From NCBI GenBank assembly GCA_051252135.1, contig JBPOGH010000009.1, positions 128,001 to 192,000 of the forward strand: a stretch of 64,000 bases of DNA. Direction: 5' to 3'. The notes under the pieces are model-generated. The model saw nothing but the letters and a program-made list of their open reading frames with translations, had not been told where the DNA came from and made no database searches. The position numbers were made by a program, and so were the translations under genes. Numbering within the stretch: position 1 is the stretch's first letter; each line of letters opens with the position of its first letter. This stretch comes from Verrucomicrobiaceae bacterium. Its GTDB lineage: Bacteria > Verrucomicrobiota > Verrucomicrobiia > Verrucomicrobiales > Akkermansiaceae. Positions 37,508 through 47,370 of the stretch are shown piece by piece.

Positions 37508-38433
37508 TTCACCACCACCTTCTGGCCCACCCACTCAAACCAACCCATCTCATCCAGCCTCTTCCGCAAGGCCTCAATCTGCTGCGGACTCGCCGGATCA
37601 ATCGGACGGCGCACCGGACCACAATCAATCCCCACCATCTGCATCATCACTTTCAACGAAGATCGACCGCAGGTTCCAAACATCGCCCCAATCATCTCCA
37701 GCGCACGAGCCTGCCACACCCGGGCCTGCTCAAAATCGCCCACACTCAGAGCGTTCCGCACATTGTCATAAAGCGGAGCCGCATAATTATAAGTGCTCCC
37801 CACCGCCGACCGAAATCCCTGCGCCATCGCCATCAAATAAGCCTCATCCGATCCCGCCAGAAACTCCAATCCCGGAGCCACTTTCTCCAACAGCGGCAAG
37901 TTATACAAACTCCCGCCATCCGAATACTTGATCCCGCAAAACGTCGGCAAGCGATCCATCGCCACATCCGTCAACTTCATCGGGTCCAGATTCACCCCCG
38001 ACAAAAACGGAATGTGGTAATAGTAAAAAGGAGTCTTCGGCGCGGCTTCCACAATCGGGAGCAGGCCTTCCACCAACTCGGCTTCGCCACTCACCTTGAA
38101 ATACCCCGTCGGCGTCGCCGACACCGCATCCGCACCGATCGCTTCCGCATGTCCCGCCAACTCGGCCGAAGCCTTCAAGCTGTTATGGCCCACCTGCACA
38201 AAAGTCTTCATTCGCCCCTTCGCCGCTCCCACATAAGCCTCTGCCACCGCACGGCGCTCCTCATCAGTCAGCGACATCCCTTCCCCCGTGCTCCCCGCAA
38301 TATAAATTCCCGTGATGCCATCCTTCTCAAGGTGATCCACCACCTGAGGCACCACTCCTAAATTCAGCTCTCCCGCCTCATCCATCGGCGAGACCACCGC
38401 GGCGACCAATCCACTCATTCTTAAAGGCTCCAT
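37504..38433 (-). CDS. nanA: N-acetylneuraminate lyase (DHDPS family)
   Basis: GSTGEG, YYYHIP, GIKYS, AVGSTYN; first gene of the sialic-acid operon. Confidence 0.88.
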   Translation of the reverse strand: MEPLRMSGLVAAVVSPMDEAGELNLGVVPQVVDHLEKDGITGIYIAGSTGEGMSLTDEERRAVAEAYVGAAKGRMKTFVQVGHNSLKASAELAGHAEAIGADAVSATPTGYFKVSGEAELVEGLLPIVEAAPKTPFYYYHIPFLSGVNLDPMKLTDVAMDRLPTFCGIKYSDGGSLYNLPLLEKVAPGLEFLAGSDEAYLMAMAQGFRSAVGSTYNYAAPLYDNVRNALSVGDFEQARVWQARALEMIGAMFGTCGRSSLKVMMQMVGIDCGPVRRPIDPASPQQIEALRKRLDEMGWFEWVGQKVVVK

Positions 38434-38525
38434 AACGGCTTCATCCTTTGGAACAATCCGGACCAAGGCAAGATTCGATCACCAAATCACCTTGGTCTCA
38501 TCTCCAAACCAGTTACCCTGAGACC

Positions 38526-39593
38526 ATGTCACGTATTCCGAACCGTCAGTCCCTTCCCGACCAAGCCGCTCAGATTATTCAGGACATGATCTCCACCGGA
38601 GACCTTCACGACAAGCTTCCCGGAGAGCGCACCCTCGCCGCCCAACTACAGATCGGACGCGACACCCTCCGCTTCGCCCTCACCATCCTCGAGGCAAATG
38701 GCATCGTCTCGCCCAACGAGCATGGCAAGCGCCGCCGCATTCTCACCAACCCCATCAAGGGCCCCGCCGCCACCAAGCGCATCGCCTTCCTCTCCCCCAA
38801 AAGCCTCGCTCAACTTCCCCCCTGGATGCTTGTCGAGTTCGACTCCCTTCGCGATTTGCTCAACCAGCGGGGCTATCACCTCCAGCTACTTTCACCCGGC
38901 CTCTTTCATCTCAAAAACCCCGCCCACAAACTCAAAACTCTCGTCCAGGATACCGACGCCGACGCCTGGATTCTCTACCAATGCCCCGAGACCATCCAGC
39001 AATGGTTCAAGCAGGAAAAACTCCCCGCCCTCATTCGCGGCTATCCCCATTCTAAGATTGATATCCCATTCATCGATGAAGACTGGGAAGCCGCAGCCTA
39101 CCATGCCGGCACTCTTCTCAAAAGGAACGGTCATCACCGCATCGGACTCCTCATGCCGGATTCCAATCTCGCCGGACTCCTTGCAACCGAAAGGGGACTT
39201 CGAAAAGCTTTCGAAGATCAGGATTCCATCATTCCAATCATCGAAAAAGGCACTGCGGGAAACGTCGCCCAGGCACTCTCCCGCACCCTCCGCCTTAAGG
39301 CCCCACCCACAGCCATCGTCGCCACCCGCAGTCGCCACATCCTTTCCATGATCTCCTGGATGGCTCAGCATCAGCTCTCCGTCCCGCGCGACCTCTCGCT
39401 CATTACCATCGCCTCGGAGCCCTGGTTCGATCACCTCCTCCCGAAGCCCAGTCACTATTTTTTGGACCCCTCCAATCTCGCCCGCACCGTCGTCCGCCAC
39501 ATTCTCCCCATCGCCCATGGGAAGACCACTTCCTCCATCCGCAAGCTCATCACTCCCGAATACATCGCCGGAGACACCGTCGCCAGGAGGTAG
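38526..39593 (+). CDS. GntR wHTH + LacI-type ligand-binding transcription regulator
   Basis: LPGERTLAAQLQIGRDTLRFAL (GntR HTH); GHHRIG, PTAIVA, LSVPRDLSL (LacI sensor); divergent from nanA. Confidence 0.88.
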   Translation: MSRIPNRQSLPDQAAQIIQDMISTGDLHDKLPGERTLAAQLQIGRDTLRFALTILEANGIVSPNEHGKRRRILTNPIKGPAATKRIAFLSPKSLAQLPPWMLVEFDSLRDLLNQRGYHLQLLSPGLFHLKNPAHKLKTLVQDTDADAWILYQCPETIQQWFKQEKLPALIRGYPHSKIDIPFIDEDWEAAAYHAGTLLKRNGHHRIGLLMPDSNLAGLLATERGLRKAFEDQDSIIPIIEKGTAGNVAQALSRTLRLKAPPTAIVATRSRHILSMISWMAQHQLSVPRDLSLITIASEPWFDHLLPKPSHYFLDPSNLARTVVRHILPIAHGKTTSSIRKLITPEYIAGDTVARR

Positions 39594-39597
39594 CGAC

Positions 39598-39630
39598 AAA
39601 AAAACCGCTCCCAAAAGAGGGGAGCGGTTC
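39598..39630. terminator. Intrinsic terminator (U-tract on minus strand)
   Basis: AAAAAAACCGCTCCC-AAAAGAG-GGGAGCGGTT between convergent genes. Confidence 0.8.
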
Positions 39631-39661
39631 TGAAAAATCTACGAGGTCGAGCGAATCTCGA

Positions 39662-40276
39662 TTACTTGCGACGACGACCAAGCAAAGCCAGTCCGCCGAG
39701 ACCAAGAAGGAGAGCAGATGAGGGCTCTGGCACACCCCCTGTGTTGACGTTGAAAGCCAGCTCATACTGATCGCCGAAAGGGACCGTCGTGCCATCGAAC
39801 AAACGTCCGGTGGCGCCAAGCACGCCTTCAGGGGTTGCTCCATTCAAACCGACCCTGGCATTCACCGGAGTTCCTGCAGTTCCATTAGTGAGAATCAGGG
39901 CATAGACGGTATTGTCTGCAAGAGTTTCTCCCGCGAACATCGCAATGAGTTCGGGGTTCCCGGCCGAGAAGGTAATCATGTTGGTCGATGTCCCGATCAG
40001 GGAACCAAGACCTTGCGTGAGGGGATCAGAGTCTGCATCGAGATAGAGCTCTACGGTAAATGGTCCAAGAGAATCCCCGGGGTTTGTTGCGCTTGGGCCG
40101 AAGATTCCAATCGTGGACAATTGCGTGTCCGCCCCAAGACTTCCACTGGTGAAGGTCTGGGTAAGAACCAAGTTGGCCTGCGCTCCACCTCCTGATGAAG
40201 CTGTGCTGACGACGATTGCCGCGTTTGCTGTGAAAGCGGTTGCTGCGAGGGCTGCGAGAGTGGATTTCAATTTCAT
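39662..40276 (-). CDS. PEP-CTERM sorting-domain protein
   Basis: Signal peptide; VPEPSSALLLGLGGLALLGRRRK. Confidence 0.95.
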   Translation of the reverse strand: MKLKSTLAALAATAFTANAAIVVSTASSGGGAQANLVLTQTFTSGSLGADTQLSTIGIFGPSATNPGDSLGPFTVELYLDADSDPLTQGLGSLIGTSTNMITFSAGNPELIAMFAGETLADNTVYALILTNGTAGTPVNARVGLNGATPEGVLGATGRLFDGTTVPFGDQYELAFNVNTGGVPEPSSALLLGLGGLALLGRRRK

Positions 40277-40650
40277 AATGGTTTTTAGAATTCAAAAAGA
40301 AAACTCACGTCTCTCTTCCGATTCTCACAGATTCAATAAGTGGTCTTGAAGTCCGACCACTTCACCGGGCCTTGTATTAATCCTCATTCCAAAGAGCCTC
40401 CTCTCAGTTCGCAAGGGGAACGGAAATGACGCGATCCACCACTTGATTGATCCCGGCCAAATGTTCGTTCTTCCAATCCGGAGCAGACCGGGTCCGGTAC
40501 TATTCCTCCCTCAATGCCAAACAGGGTGTGACTCCACGATTTCAATGGAAGTTCGTGAACTGGTCTCCCAAGCAAACCTCTCATCTCAAGTCGTTAAGAA
40601 TCTCAGCTCGATCCAGAATCTAAAATAACCGGACAAAAATTATCCCCGAT

Positions 40651-43221
40651 ATGAAAACTAAACTCCTCCTCCTCATAACCATGATCTGTAACTGTGAGGC
40701 GGCGAAGCTGGCAGTCAACTTCACCGGAGGGCGACCGACAGACGGAGCCAACCCGACCGAGGATGCTTTCGATACCCCTGTGGTTAATTGGAATAACCTG
40801 GCCGGAGCGACTGGCACCGACAGCGTGATCATTGCCGATAATGACGACACCGCTCTCGTCACTTGGGCGAGGAACAATACCTGGAGTCAGAATGGTGCGG
40901 CTCCCGTGGGCGGAGACGCCGCTGTTCTCTTTGGCTACCTGGATGATGGCGGCAACGATGACCCGGCCGTCACGATTTCCGGGATGGCCTCACTCACTTC
41001 GGAGAGCTACACCGTGCGCATTCTCAGCGCGACGGATTTGACCCTCGGAGGAACCACCTTCGATGACATCACGGTCAACTCTACAACCCTGCCGGTCACC
41101 AATCTTGTGGAAACAACCGGCACTGGAACCACTGCAGACACTCTTTTTACCGATATCTCCGGCGACACCATCAACTTCGATTTTGGTGATAATGTGGCAG
41201 GGCCTAGTCCGGGGAGTCGTGGCTGTGTCGCGGCCATCATTATCGATTACATCCCCTTGGCTGGACCCAATGAACTCTCTGAGGACTTCACCGGAGGCGA
41301 CGGTGGCTTCATGCAGACTTCAGATGGCGCTCCTGAAAACCCGTGGGTTTTCAATAGCGAAGCCGCTGCCTGGCGCACCGACGGCGAAGCGAGCGGCACC
41401 TCGACGAACCATTTTTTGACGATTCCACTCACAACCGTGCGCGCCCCGTTGACGAGCCCGCCAGTGGTCCGCATTACCTTCGAACATCGCTACAGCATGG
41501 AGGCCGATTGGGATGCCGGAGCACTCCAACTCAAGGTCAACGATGGTCCTTTTGAAACCGTAGCCGGGATCGATTTTACCGGGAACGGATACACCAACAC
41601 CCAAGCCCTTCAGGGTGTGCACGCCTTGACTGGTGCCGATGGCTTCACGGGCGACTCGCCAGGGGTAGGGGATGGAACTTCCATCACAAGCATTGCCGAT
41701 GTCAAAGGTCTTGCCGCAGGTGACCTGATGACCTTCCGCTTTGTTGCCGCTTTCGATCAAGGATCAAAAGGTGCCGTGCTCCCCAACTGGGAGATCAGCA
41801 GCGTCAGCATCGAGACACTCAGTGACAACGACGGCGACGGCATGCCGAATTCCTACGAAATCGCCTATGATTTCCTCGATCAAGACGATCCGAGCGACGC
41901 GGCTCTCGATGAGGATAACGACATGCTCACCAACCTCGAAGAGTTCCTTCTCGGAACGACTCCAAATGATGACGACACCGATGACGATAACCTCATCGAC
42001 GGCGTCGAAACCAATACCGGAATCTGGGTAAGCATCACCAACACGGGCACCGATCCTTTTAACCCGGACACCGATGGAGACGGCCTTGGTGACGGTGTTG
42101 AAAATCCCGACCTGCCCTACGATCCTGCCAATGCGGCGAACCAGCCGGGCACCAACCCAAACTTGATCAATACCGACGGCGACCCACTTCCCGATAACGA
42201 AGAAATTGCCTTCGGGACCGATCCGACAGACGCAGATAGCTTTCCGGACTTCGCCGAGTTCCTGCTTTTCCACTATGATTTCGATACCGAAACTGGACCC
42301 ATCATTGATAGCTCCGGCCGCGGGGCACCCAACATGGGCACCCCCAGCAACGGGCCTTCCCATCGCTTTGGCGAAGCTTCGCTTACCGGTGAAGATGACG
42401 GATTCTCCATCGGGCTGGATGCTCCCGGCACAACTCACCCGACTGGAAGTTACCTTACGGTCCCCAATGCCCCGGAGTCGGAATCGTTCAGCTTCTCAAT
42501 CTGGATCAAACCAAACTATCCCGGAAACAGGTTCCCGATCTTCTCGAGCGAGGACAACTTTTACCCTGCGAACGGTGAATTCTTCTCATTGGACGTGACT
42601 CTCTCAGGCGAACTGGAGTGGGTCACCGGAGGGGTAAGCACCATTTTTACGGAACCGGGCCTGATTAATGATGGAGAGGTCTATCACATCGTCGTTACCC
42701 ATCTCGACACAGACGGTCGTGACACGGGGTCGGCTGACATGGCTCGCCTCTACGTGAACGGAGTCATGGTTGCTGAACAGGAGAACCCGACTGAAATCCC
42801 GTCCTATGAGTTGAGGCAAGGAAACACCACGGGCCTGATTTGGGTCGGGACACGCTCGGCCGGCCCCGGTTCTGTCGGGGAGTTTGACGATTTTCAGGCC
42901 TATGGTCTGGAGCTTTCCGCCGATCAGGTCGCTGCGATGTATGCCACTCCAGGCTCGTTTGCGCCCTTCGGTCCACCGCCACGCCTGGAGGTTACTGCCA
43001 TCACAGCAGTTGAAAATGGCGGAGGTGGTTACGATGTATCCCTGACATGGAATTCCAAACCGGGAGTGGAATATTTCATCGAATCCTACTCCACCAGCAC
43101 GGGGACTTGGATTGAACAAGCCGATGCCGTGGGAGACCCGGGACTCGAAACGATGATCACCTTTAACCAGTTCCCGAGGGAAGCAATCTACCGTGTTCGG
43201 AGAGGGGACGTGGAGGAATAG
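40651..43221 (+). CDS. Large secreted surface protein: jelly-roll domains, thrombospondin-type-3-like DxDxDG repeats, LamG
   Basis: DNDGDGMPNSYE, DTDGDGLGDGVE, NTDGDPLPDNEE; YHIVVT...GEFDDFQAY; C-terminal AIYRVRR. Confidence 0.85.
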   Translation: MKTKLLLLITMICNCEAAKLAVNFTGGRPTDGANPTEDAFDTPVVNWNNLAGATGTDSVIIADNDDTALVTWARNNTWSQNGAAPVGGDAAVLFGYLDDGGNDDPAVTISGMASLTSESYTVRILSATDLTLGGTTFDDITVNSTTLPVTNLVETTGTGTTADTLFTDISGDTINFDFGDNVAGPSPGSRGCVAAIIIDYIPLAGPNELSEDFTGGDGGFMQTSDGAPENPWVFNSEAAAWRTDGEASGTSTNHFLTIPLTTVRAPLTSPPVVRITFEHRYSMEADWDAGALQLKVNDGPFETVAGIDFTGNGYTNTQALQGVHALTGADGFTGDSPGVGDGTSITSIADVKGLAAGDLMTFRFVAAFDQGSKGAVLPNWEISSVSIETLSDNDGDGMPNSYEIAYDFLDQDDPSDAALDEDNDMLTNLEEFLLGTTPNDDDTDDDNLIDGVETNTGIWVSITNTGTDPFNPDTDGDGLGDGVENPDLPYDPANAANQPGTNPNLINTDGDPLPDNEEIAFGTDPTDADSFPDFAEFLLFHYDFDTETGPIIDSSGRGAPNMGTPSNGPSHRFGEASLTGEDDGFSIGLDAPGTTHPTGSYLTVPNAPESESFSFSIWIKPNYPGNRFPIFSSEDNFYPANGEFFSLDVTLSGELEWVTGGVSTIFTEPGLINDGEVYHIVVTHLDTDGRDTGSADMARLYVNGVMVAEQENPTEIPSYELRQGNTTGLIWVGTRSAGPGSVGEFDDFQAYGLELSADQVAAMYATPGSFAPFGPPPRLEVTAITAVENGGGGYDVSLTWNSKPGVEYFIESYSTSTGTWIEQADAVGDPGLETMITFNQFPREAIYRVRRGDVEE

Positions 43222-43302
43222 ACCCGCCCATTCGCTTACTGGTCCCTCAAATAGACCAGTGGCGATTCTTCGACAATCGACTGGCCTCAGCGATGTTGGG
43301 AA

Positions 43303-46300
43303 ATGATTCGTTCTTTTTGGGTTTTCTTGGTTCTCACCTCGATTCTCCCTGCCAATCCCATCATCACTGAGTTCCTCGCCTCAAACTCCGGAATCCTCAC
43401 AGATGAAGATGGGGACACCTCGGACTGGATCGAAATTCATAACCCAACAACCGCCGACATTGATTTGGCTGGCTGGCACCTCACCGATGATGCCCTGAAC
43501 CTTGTCCAGTGGACCTTTCCCGCAACAAATCTCGCTTCAGGTGAACACCTCATCGTCTTCGCCTCCGGTAAAGACCGCGCCATCTCCGGTGCTGAACTTC
43601 ACACCAACTTCAAGCTCTCCGCTGACGGAGAATACCTCGCCCTCGTTTCTCCAGCACCTGTCGTCACCTCTGAGTTCAACTTCCCCTCACAAGTCATCGA
43701 CATCTCCTACGGACTCACCGCATCTGGAACCGAGATCACTCTCGTCTCCCAAAGCTCACCCGCAAGGGTTCTCGTTCCCACCCTTAGCGATGACCAAACC
43801 ATCGGCACCACCTGGCGCGGCGGTATCGCCACCTTCGATGACTCATCCTGGCAGACCGGACTCCTCGGAGTCGGCTTCGAGCGAACCTCCGGATTCCAGG
43901 ACGAGATTGGCATCGATGTCGAAGCCGACGCATGGGGCATTAACTCCTCAGTCTACCTCCGCATCCCGATCGACGGTTCAATTGATCCCGCCAACATCGC
44001 CTCGCTCACCCTCCGCATGAAATACGATGACGGCTTCGCCGCCTTCCTCAACGGTGATTATCTCGATGGCGCAAACAATCCCACTCCTCTCCTCTGGAAC
44101 TCATTTTCCACCAGTGGTGTGAGTGATGCGCAAGCCCTCCAGTTCCAGGACTTCGATGTCTCCGCCTCCATTCCCAGCCTGATGGAATCCGGAAACACCC
44201 TCGCCATCCATGGCCTTAATCAATTCTCAAACAGCGGCGATCTCCTCATCCGTCCCGAGCTTATCGCCAGCCTCACCAACCCCGTGCCACCCGTCACCGG
44301 CTACTTTTCCCTCCCCACTCCCGGAGCGCCAAACCCCTCCACCAATACTCCCACACCCGTTTCACCGAACGCAGGAAAGGTCATCATCTCCGTGCCCAGC
44401 GGCATCAAAAGCAACGCTATTACCGTGACCCTCACCCCCGGGACTCCCGGCGCGGAGATTCACTACACGCTCGATGGATCCGATCCCACCGCTGGCGATC
44501 CACTCTACTCCGCACCTTTCTCCATCAGCAATCCCTCCCGCCTTCGCGCCCGCGCCTTCCTTCCCGCCAAGCTCCCCGGCACCCTCGCTCTCGCCGACTA
44601 CAGCTTTCTTGATCCCTCTCTTCAAAGCTATCTCTCAGACGTTCCCATCATCGTCATGGATAACTTCGGCGCGGGTGATTATCCCAACAAAGGCCGCTCC
44701 AATGACGGCCGCGACATTGTCCAACGCCCACGCCAAGCCAATGTCATCAGCATTTTCAATCCTACCGCCAACGGACAACCCTTCACCAACTCACCCGCGC
44801 TGGAGAGCCGCAGCGGCTGCCGCGTCCGGGGCTCCAGCTCCAGCCAATTCACCCGAAAGCCACTCTCCGTCGAGTTTTGGAATGAACAAGACGAAGACCG
44901 CTCGCTCTCGCCCTTCGGCTTCGACTCTGAAGCCGACTGGGTTCTCAATGCCCCCAATCCCTCCTTCGATCGCGCCCTCATCCACAATCCCGTCTCCTTT
45001 GGCTTCGCCGAAATGATCGGAGCCCACACCCCCGGCAGCAAAGTGGTCGTCGTTTTTCAAAATACCGATGGCGGCACCATCACCTCGTCCGACCTCGCGG
45101 GCGTCTACATCTTCTCCGAAAAAATCGAACGCAAGCGCATGGGCGTGGACTTCGACAAACTCAGCGACGACGGAACCTCCGGCGGCTGGATGGTCAATAT
45201 CGACCGCATGGAAGCCATCCCCGAAGGCCTCCCCGTCACCACCACCCAGCCCAATTTCCACGCTGCCGGACCCAACGGCATTCTGGAAATCCCGGACGAT
45301 CAACAGAACTCCGGCGGCTCCCAGTCAGTCGATGACATCTCGGAATTCTACCATTCCTACCTCAACTTCAACAGCCCCGGTGGCTACGAAATCCTCCCCG
45401 CTCAGCGAAGCGCCGTCCAAGCCACCACCCGCGCCATGGACGCCGCCGTCTGGTCTGGAAACTTCACCAGCCAACTCGATTCCGAGAGCTGGGCCCGCAA
45501 CTTCGCCGTTCATAATTTCGCTAAAAACCAGGACGCCCACGTCCTCTCCACCTTCATCTATCAGGAAACCCCCACCTCCAAAATCAAGATGGGTCCCGTC
45601 TGGGATTTCGACCGCGCCTACACCTGGAAAGGCGGCCCCAGCGATACCCCACTCTGGGCCTCGGATCGCGACTGGTATCAAGGCCTTTTCCAGGACACCG
45701 ACTTCAAGCAAACCCACCAAGACGTCTGGCAGGAAGCCCGCCGCACCACCGCCACCAATGCCTCCCTTCAAGGCCTCGTCGATGATTCCTCAGCGGGCCT
45801 CCGCTCCGATCAAATCGCCGCCAGCGGACTCAACTTCTCCACTTGGCAAAGCCGTATCTCCGAACTTCGCACCTGGGTCGTCAACCGCGCCACCTACCTC
45901 GATAACCAATACGAGCCACTTCCAACGCTCTCCCCCGAAAGCGGATTCTTCGTCAGCAATCTCTCAATCAACATGACTCCCACCTCCGGCGGCACGGTCT
46001 ACTACACCACCGATGGCAGCGACCCGCGCGCAGATGGCGGCGGCATTTCAACCTCCGCCCTCCCTCACTCCTCAACCCTTAATATCAGCGGAAGAACTAT
46101 CATCACCGCCCGCACTCGGGACGGCTCCCGCTGGAGTGGCCCCGTCACCAGCTCCTACTACGTGGAAGCCGACATCCCCCAACTCGTCGTCAGTGAAATC
46201 AACTACCACCCCGGCGACCCTTCCCCCGCGGAAGAAGCACTCGGCTTCACCAATTCGGACGACTTCGAGTTCCTCGAGTTCACCAACATCGGCACCACTT

Positions 46301-47061
46301 CGGTCAATCTCACCCTGCTCAACCTCCGTGGCGGTATCGATTTCGATTTCTCCACCAGCGCCATCACCAATCTCGGCCCCGGCCAGCAAGTTCTCCTTGT
46401 CAAAAATCAAACCGCCTTCGAAGCCCGCCACGGCCCCGGCCTCCCCATCGCCGGCATCTTTTCCGGATCTCTCAACAATGCCGGAGACTCCCTCATCCTC
46501 GAAGACCCAGCCCTCAACCTCGTTCTTCAGGACTTCTCGTACTCAGACGACGCCCCCTGGCCCCTCTGCGCCGATGGCGACGGCTACTCGCTCATCTTAA
46601 AAAGCCCATCGCTCGGCCCCGATCACTCCATCCCCTCAAACTGGCGCTGCAGCAGCCTCCATGGCGGAAATCCCGGAACCTCGGATTCACTCACCCCATT
46701 CACGGGCAACCCCCTCGCCGATAATGATCATGACGGCATCGATGCTCTTCTTGAGCATTTCCTTGGAACCTCAGATAGCACAGCAGGGGACACCTCCGAC
46801 CTCATTCAAATCAGCTCCACCATCGCCAGCGACTCCCTCACTTACCCGGCTCTTCAAGTCACCTACGCCATCGGAGCAGACGACGTCATCCCCACTGCCG
46901 AGTGGTCCGGCGACCTCCTAACCTGGTCCTCAGCCCCCGGCGACATCATCCCCGTCAGCGAAACCCTCAACAACAACGGCACCGCCACCCTCACCTGGCG
47001 CTCCACCCTCCCCACCACCGCGGTCCGTCAGTTCTTCCGCCTCAAAGTTTCTAACCAATAG
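43303..47061 (+). CDS. Lamin-tail + chitobiase/FN3-associated + CotH kinase secreted protein
   Basis: PIITEFLASN (LTD), IHYTLDGSDP and VYYTTDGSDPR, RVRGSSS...K, GPVWDFDRAY, C-terminal RQFFRLKV. Confidence 0.9.
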   Translation: MIRSFWVFLVLTSILPANPIITEFLASNSGILTDEDGDTSDWIEIHNPTTADIDLAGWHLTDDALNLVQWTFPATNLASGEHLIVFASGKDRAISGAELHTNFKLSADGEYLALVSPAPVVTSEFNFPSQVIDISYGLTASGTEITLVSQSSPARVLVPTLSDDQTIGTTWRGGIATFDDSSWQTGLLGVGFERTSGFQDEIGIDVEADAWGINSSVYLRIPIDGSIDPANIASLTLRMKYDDGFAAFLNGDYLDGANNPTPLLWNSFSTSGVSDAQALQFQDFDVSASIPSLMESGNTLAIHGLNQFSNSGDLLIRPELIASLTNPVPPVTGYFSLPTPGAPNPSTNTPTPVSPNAGKVIISVPSGIKSNAITVTLTPGTPGAEIHYTLDGSDPTAGDPLYSAPFSISNPSRLRARAFLPAKLPGTLALADYSFLDPSLQSYLSDVPIIVMDNFGAGDYPNKGRSNDGRDIVQRPRQANVISIFNPTANGQPFTNSPALESRSGCRVRGSSSSQFTRKPLSVEFWNEQDEDRSLSPFGFDSEADWVLNAPNPSFDRALIHNPVSFGFAEMIGAHTPGSKVVVVFQNTDGGTITSSDLAGVYIFSEKIERKRMGVDFDKLSDDGTSGGWMVNIDRMEAIPEGLPVTTTQPNFHAAGPNGILEIPDDQQNSGGSQSVDDISEFYHSYLNFNSPGGYEILPAQRSAVQATTRAMDAAVWSGNFTSQLDSESWARNFAVHNFAKNQDAHVLSTFIYQETPTSKIKMGPVWDFDRAYTWKGGPSDTPLWASDRDWYQGLFQDTDFKQTHQDVWQEARRTTATNASLQGLVDDSSAGLRSDQIAASGLNFSTWQSRISELRTWVVNRATYLDNQYEPLPTLSPESGFFVSNLSINMTPTSGGTVYYTTDGSDPRADGGGISTSALPHSSTLNISGRTIITARTRDGSRWSGPVTSSYYVEADIPQLVVSEINYHPGDPSPAEEALGFTNSDDFEFLEFTNIGTTSVNLTLLNLRGGIDFDFSTSAITNLGPGQQVLLVKNQTAFEARHGPGLPIAGIFSGSLNNAGDSLILEDPALNLVLQDFSYSDDAPWPLCADGDGYSLILKSPSLGPDHSIPSNWRCSSLHGGNPGTSDSLTPFTGNPLADNDHDGIDALLEHFLGTSDSTAGDTSDLIQISSTIASDSLTYPALQVTYAIGADDVIPTAEWSGDLLTWSSAPGDIIPVSETLNNNGTATLTWRSTLPTTAVRQFFRLKVSNQ

Positions 47062-47090
47062 ATAGTCGCACCGACGATCCCAACGCAAAG

Positions 47091-47122
47091 AACCCGTCAG
47101 CCTCACAGCTGGCGGGTTTTTT
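47091..47122 (+). terminator. Intrinsic terminator
   Basis: AACCCGTCAGC-CTCACA-GCTGGCGGGTTTTTT. Confidence 0.85.
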
Positions 47123-47309
47123 TGATCCAGGTTTACATTCTCTTTTTGTCGAGCGACCCACTTGAAACACAAGATGAGCTCTGAAGATAGATCGCAGCAT
47201 TCCACGTCAACGATGGCCCCGCCCTCCACGGCTAAAAGCTAGCAACCCCGCATCCCTGGCGGGGGTAAACACCAATTTTCCAGTCCCACGCATTGAGATA
47301 TGCGACCAC

Positions 47310-47346
47310 AAAAAAAGCCGCCAACCATGATGGCTGACGGCTTTTT
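47310..47346 (-). terminator. Intrinsic terminator
   Basis: AAAAAAAGCCGCCAACCA-TGA-TGGCTGACGGCTTTTT downstream of the 47371 stop. Confidence 0.8.
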
Positions 47347-47370
47347 CGGACTACCATGAAAAATTCCCGG

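Noticed and set aside
40277..40650. Long intergenic region as possible ncRNA or small ORFs
   Set aside because: No recognisable motif or strong structure; compatible with divergent promoters.
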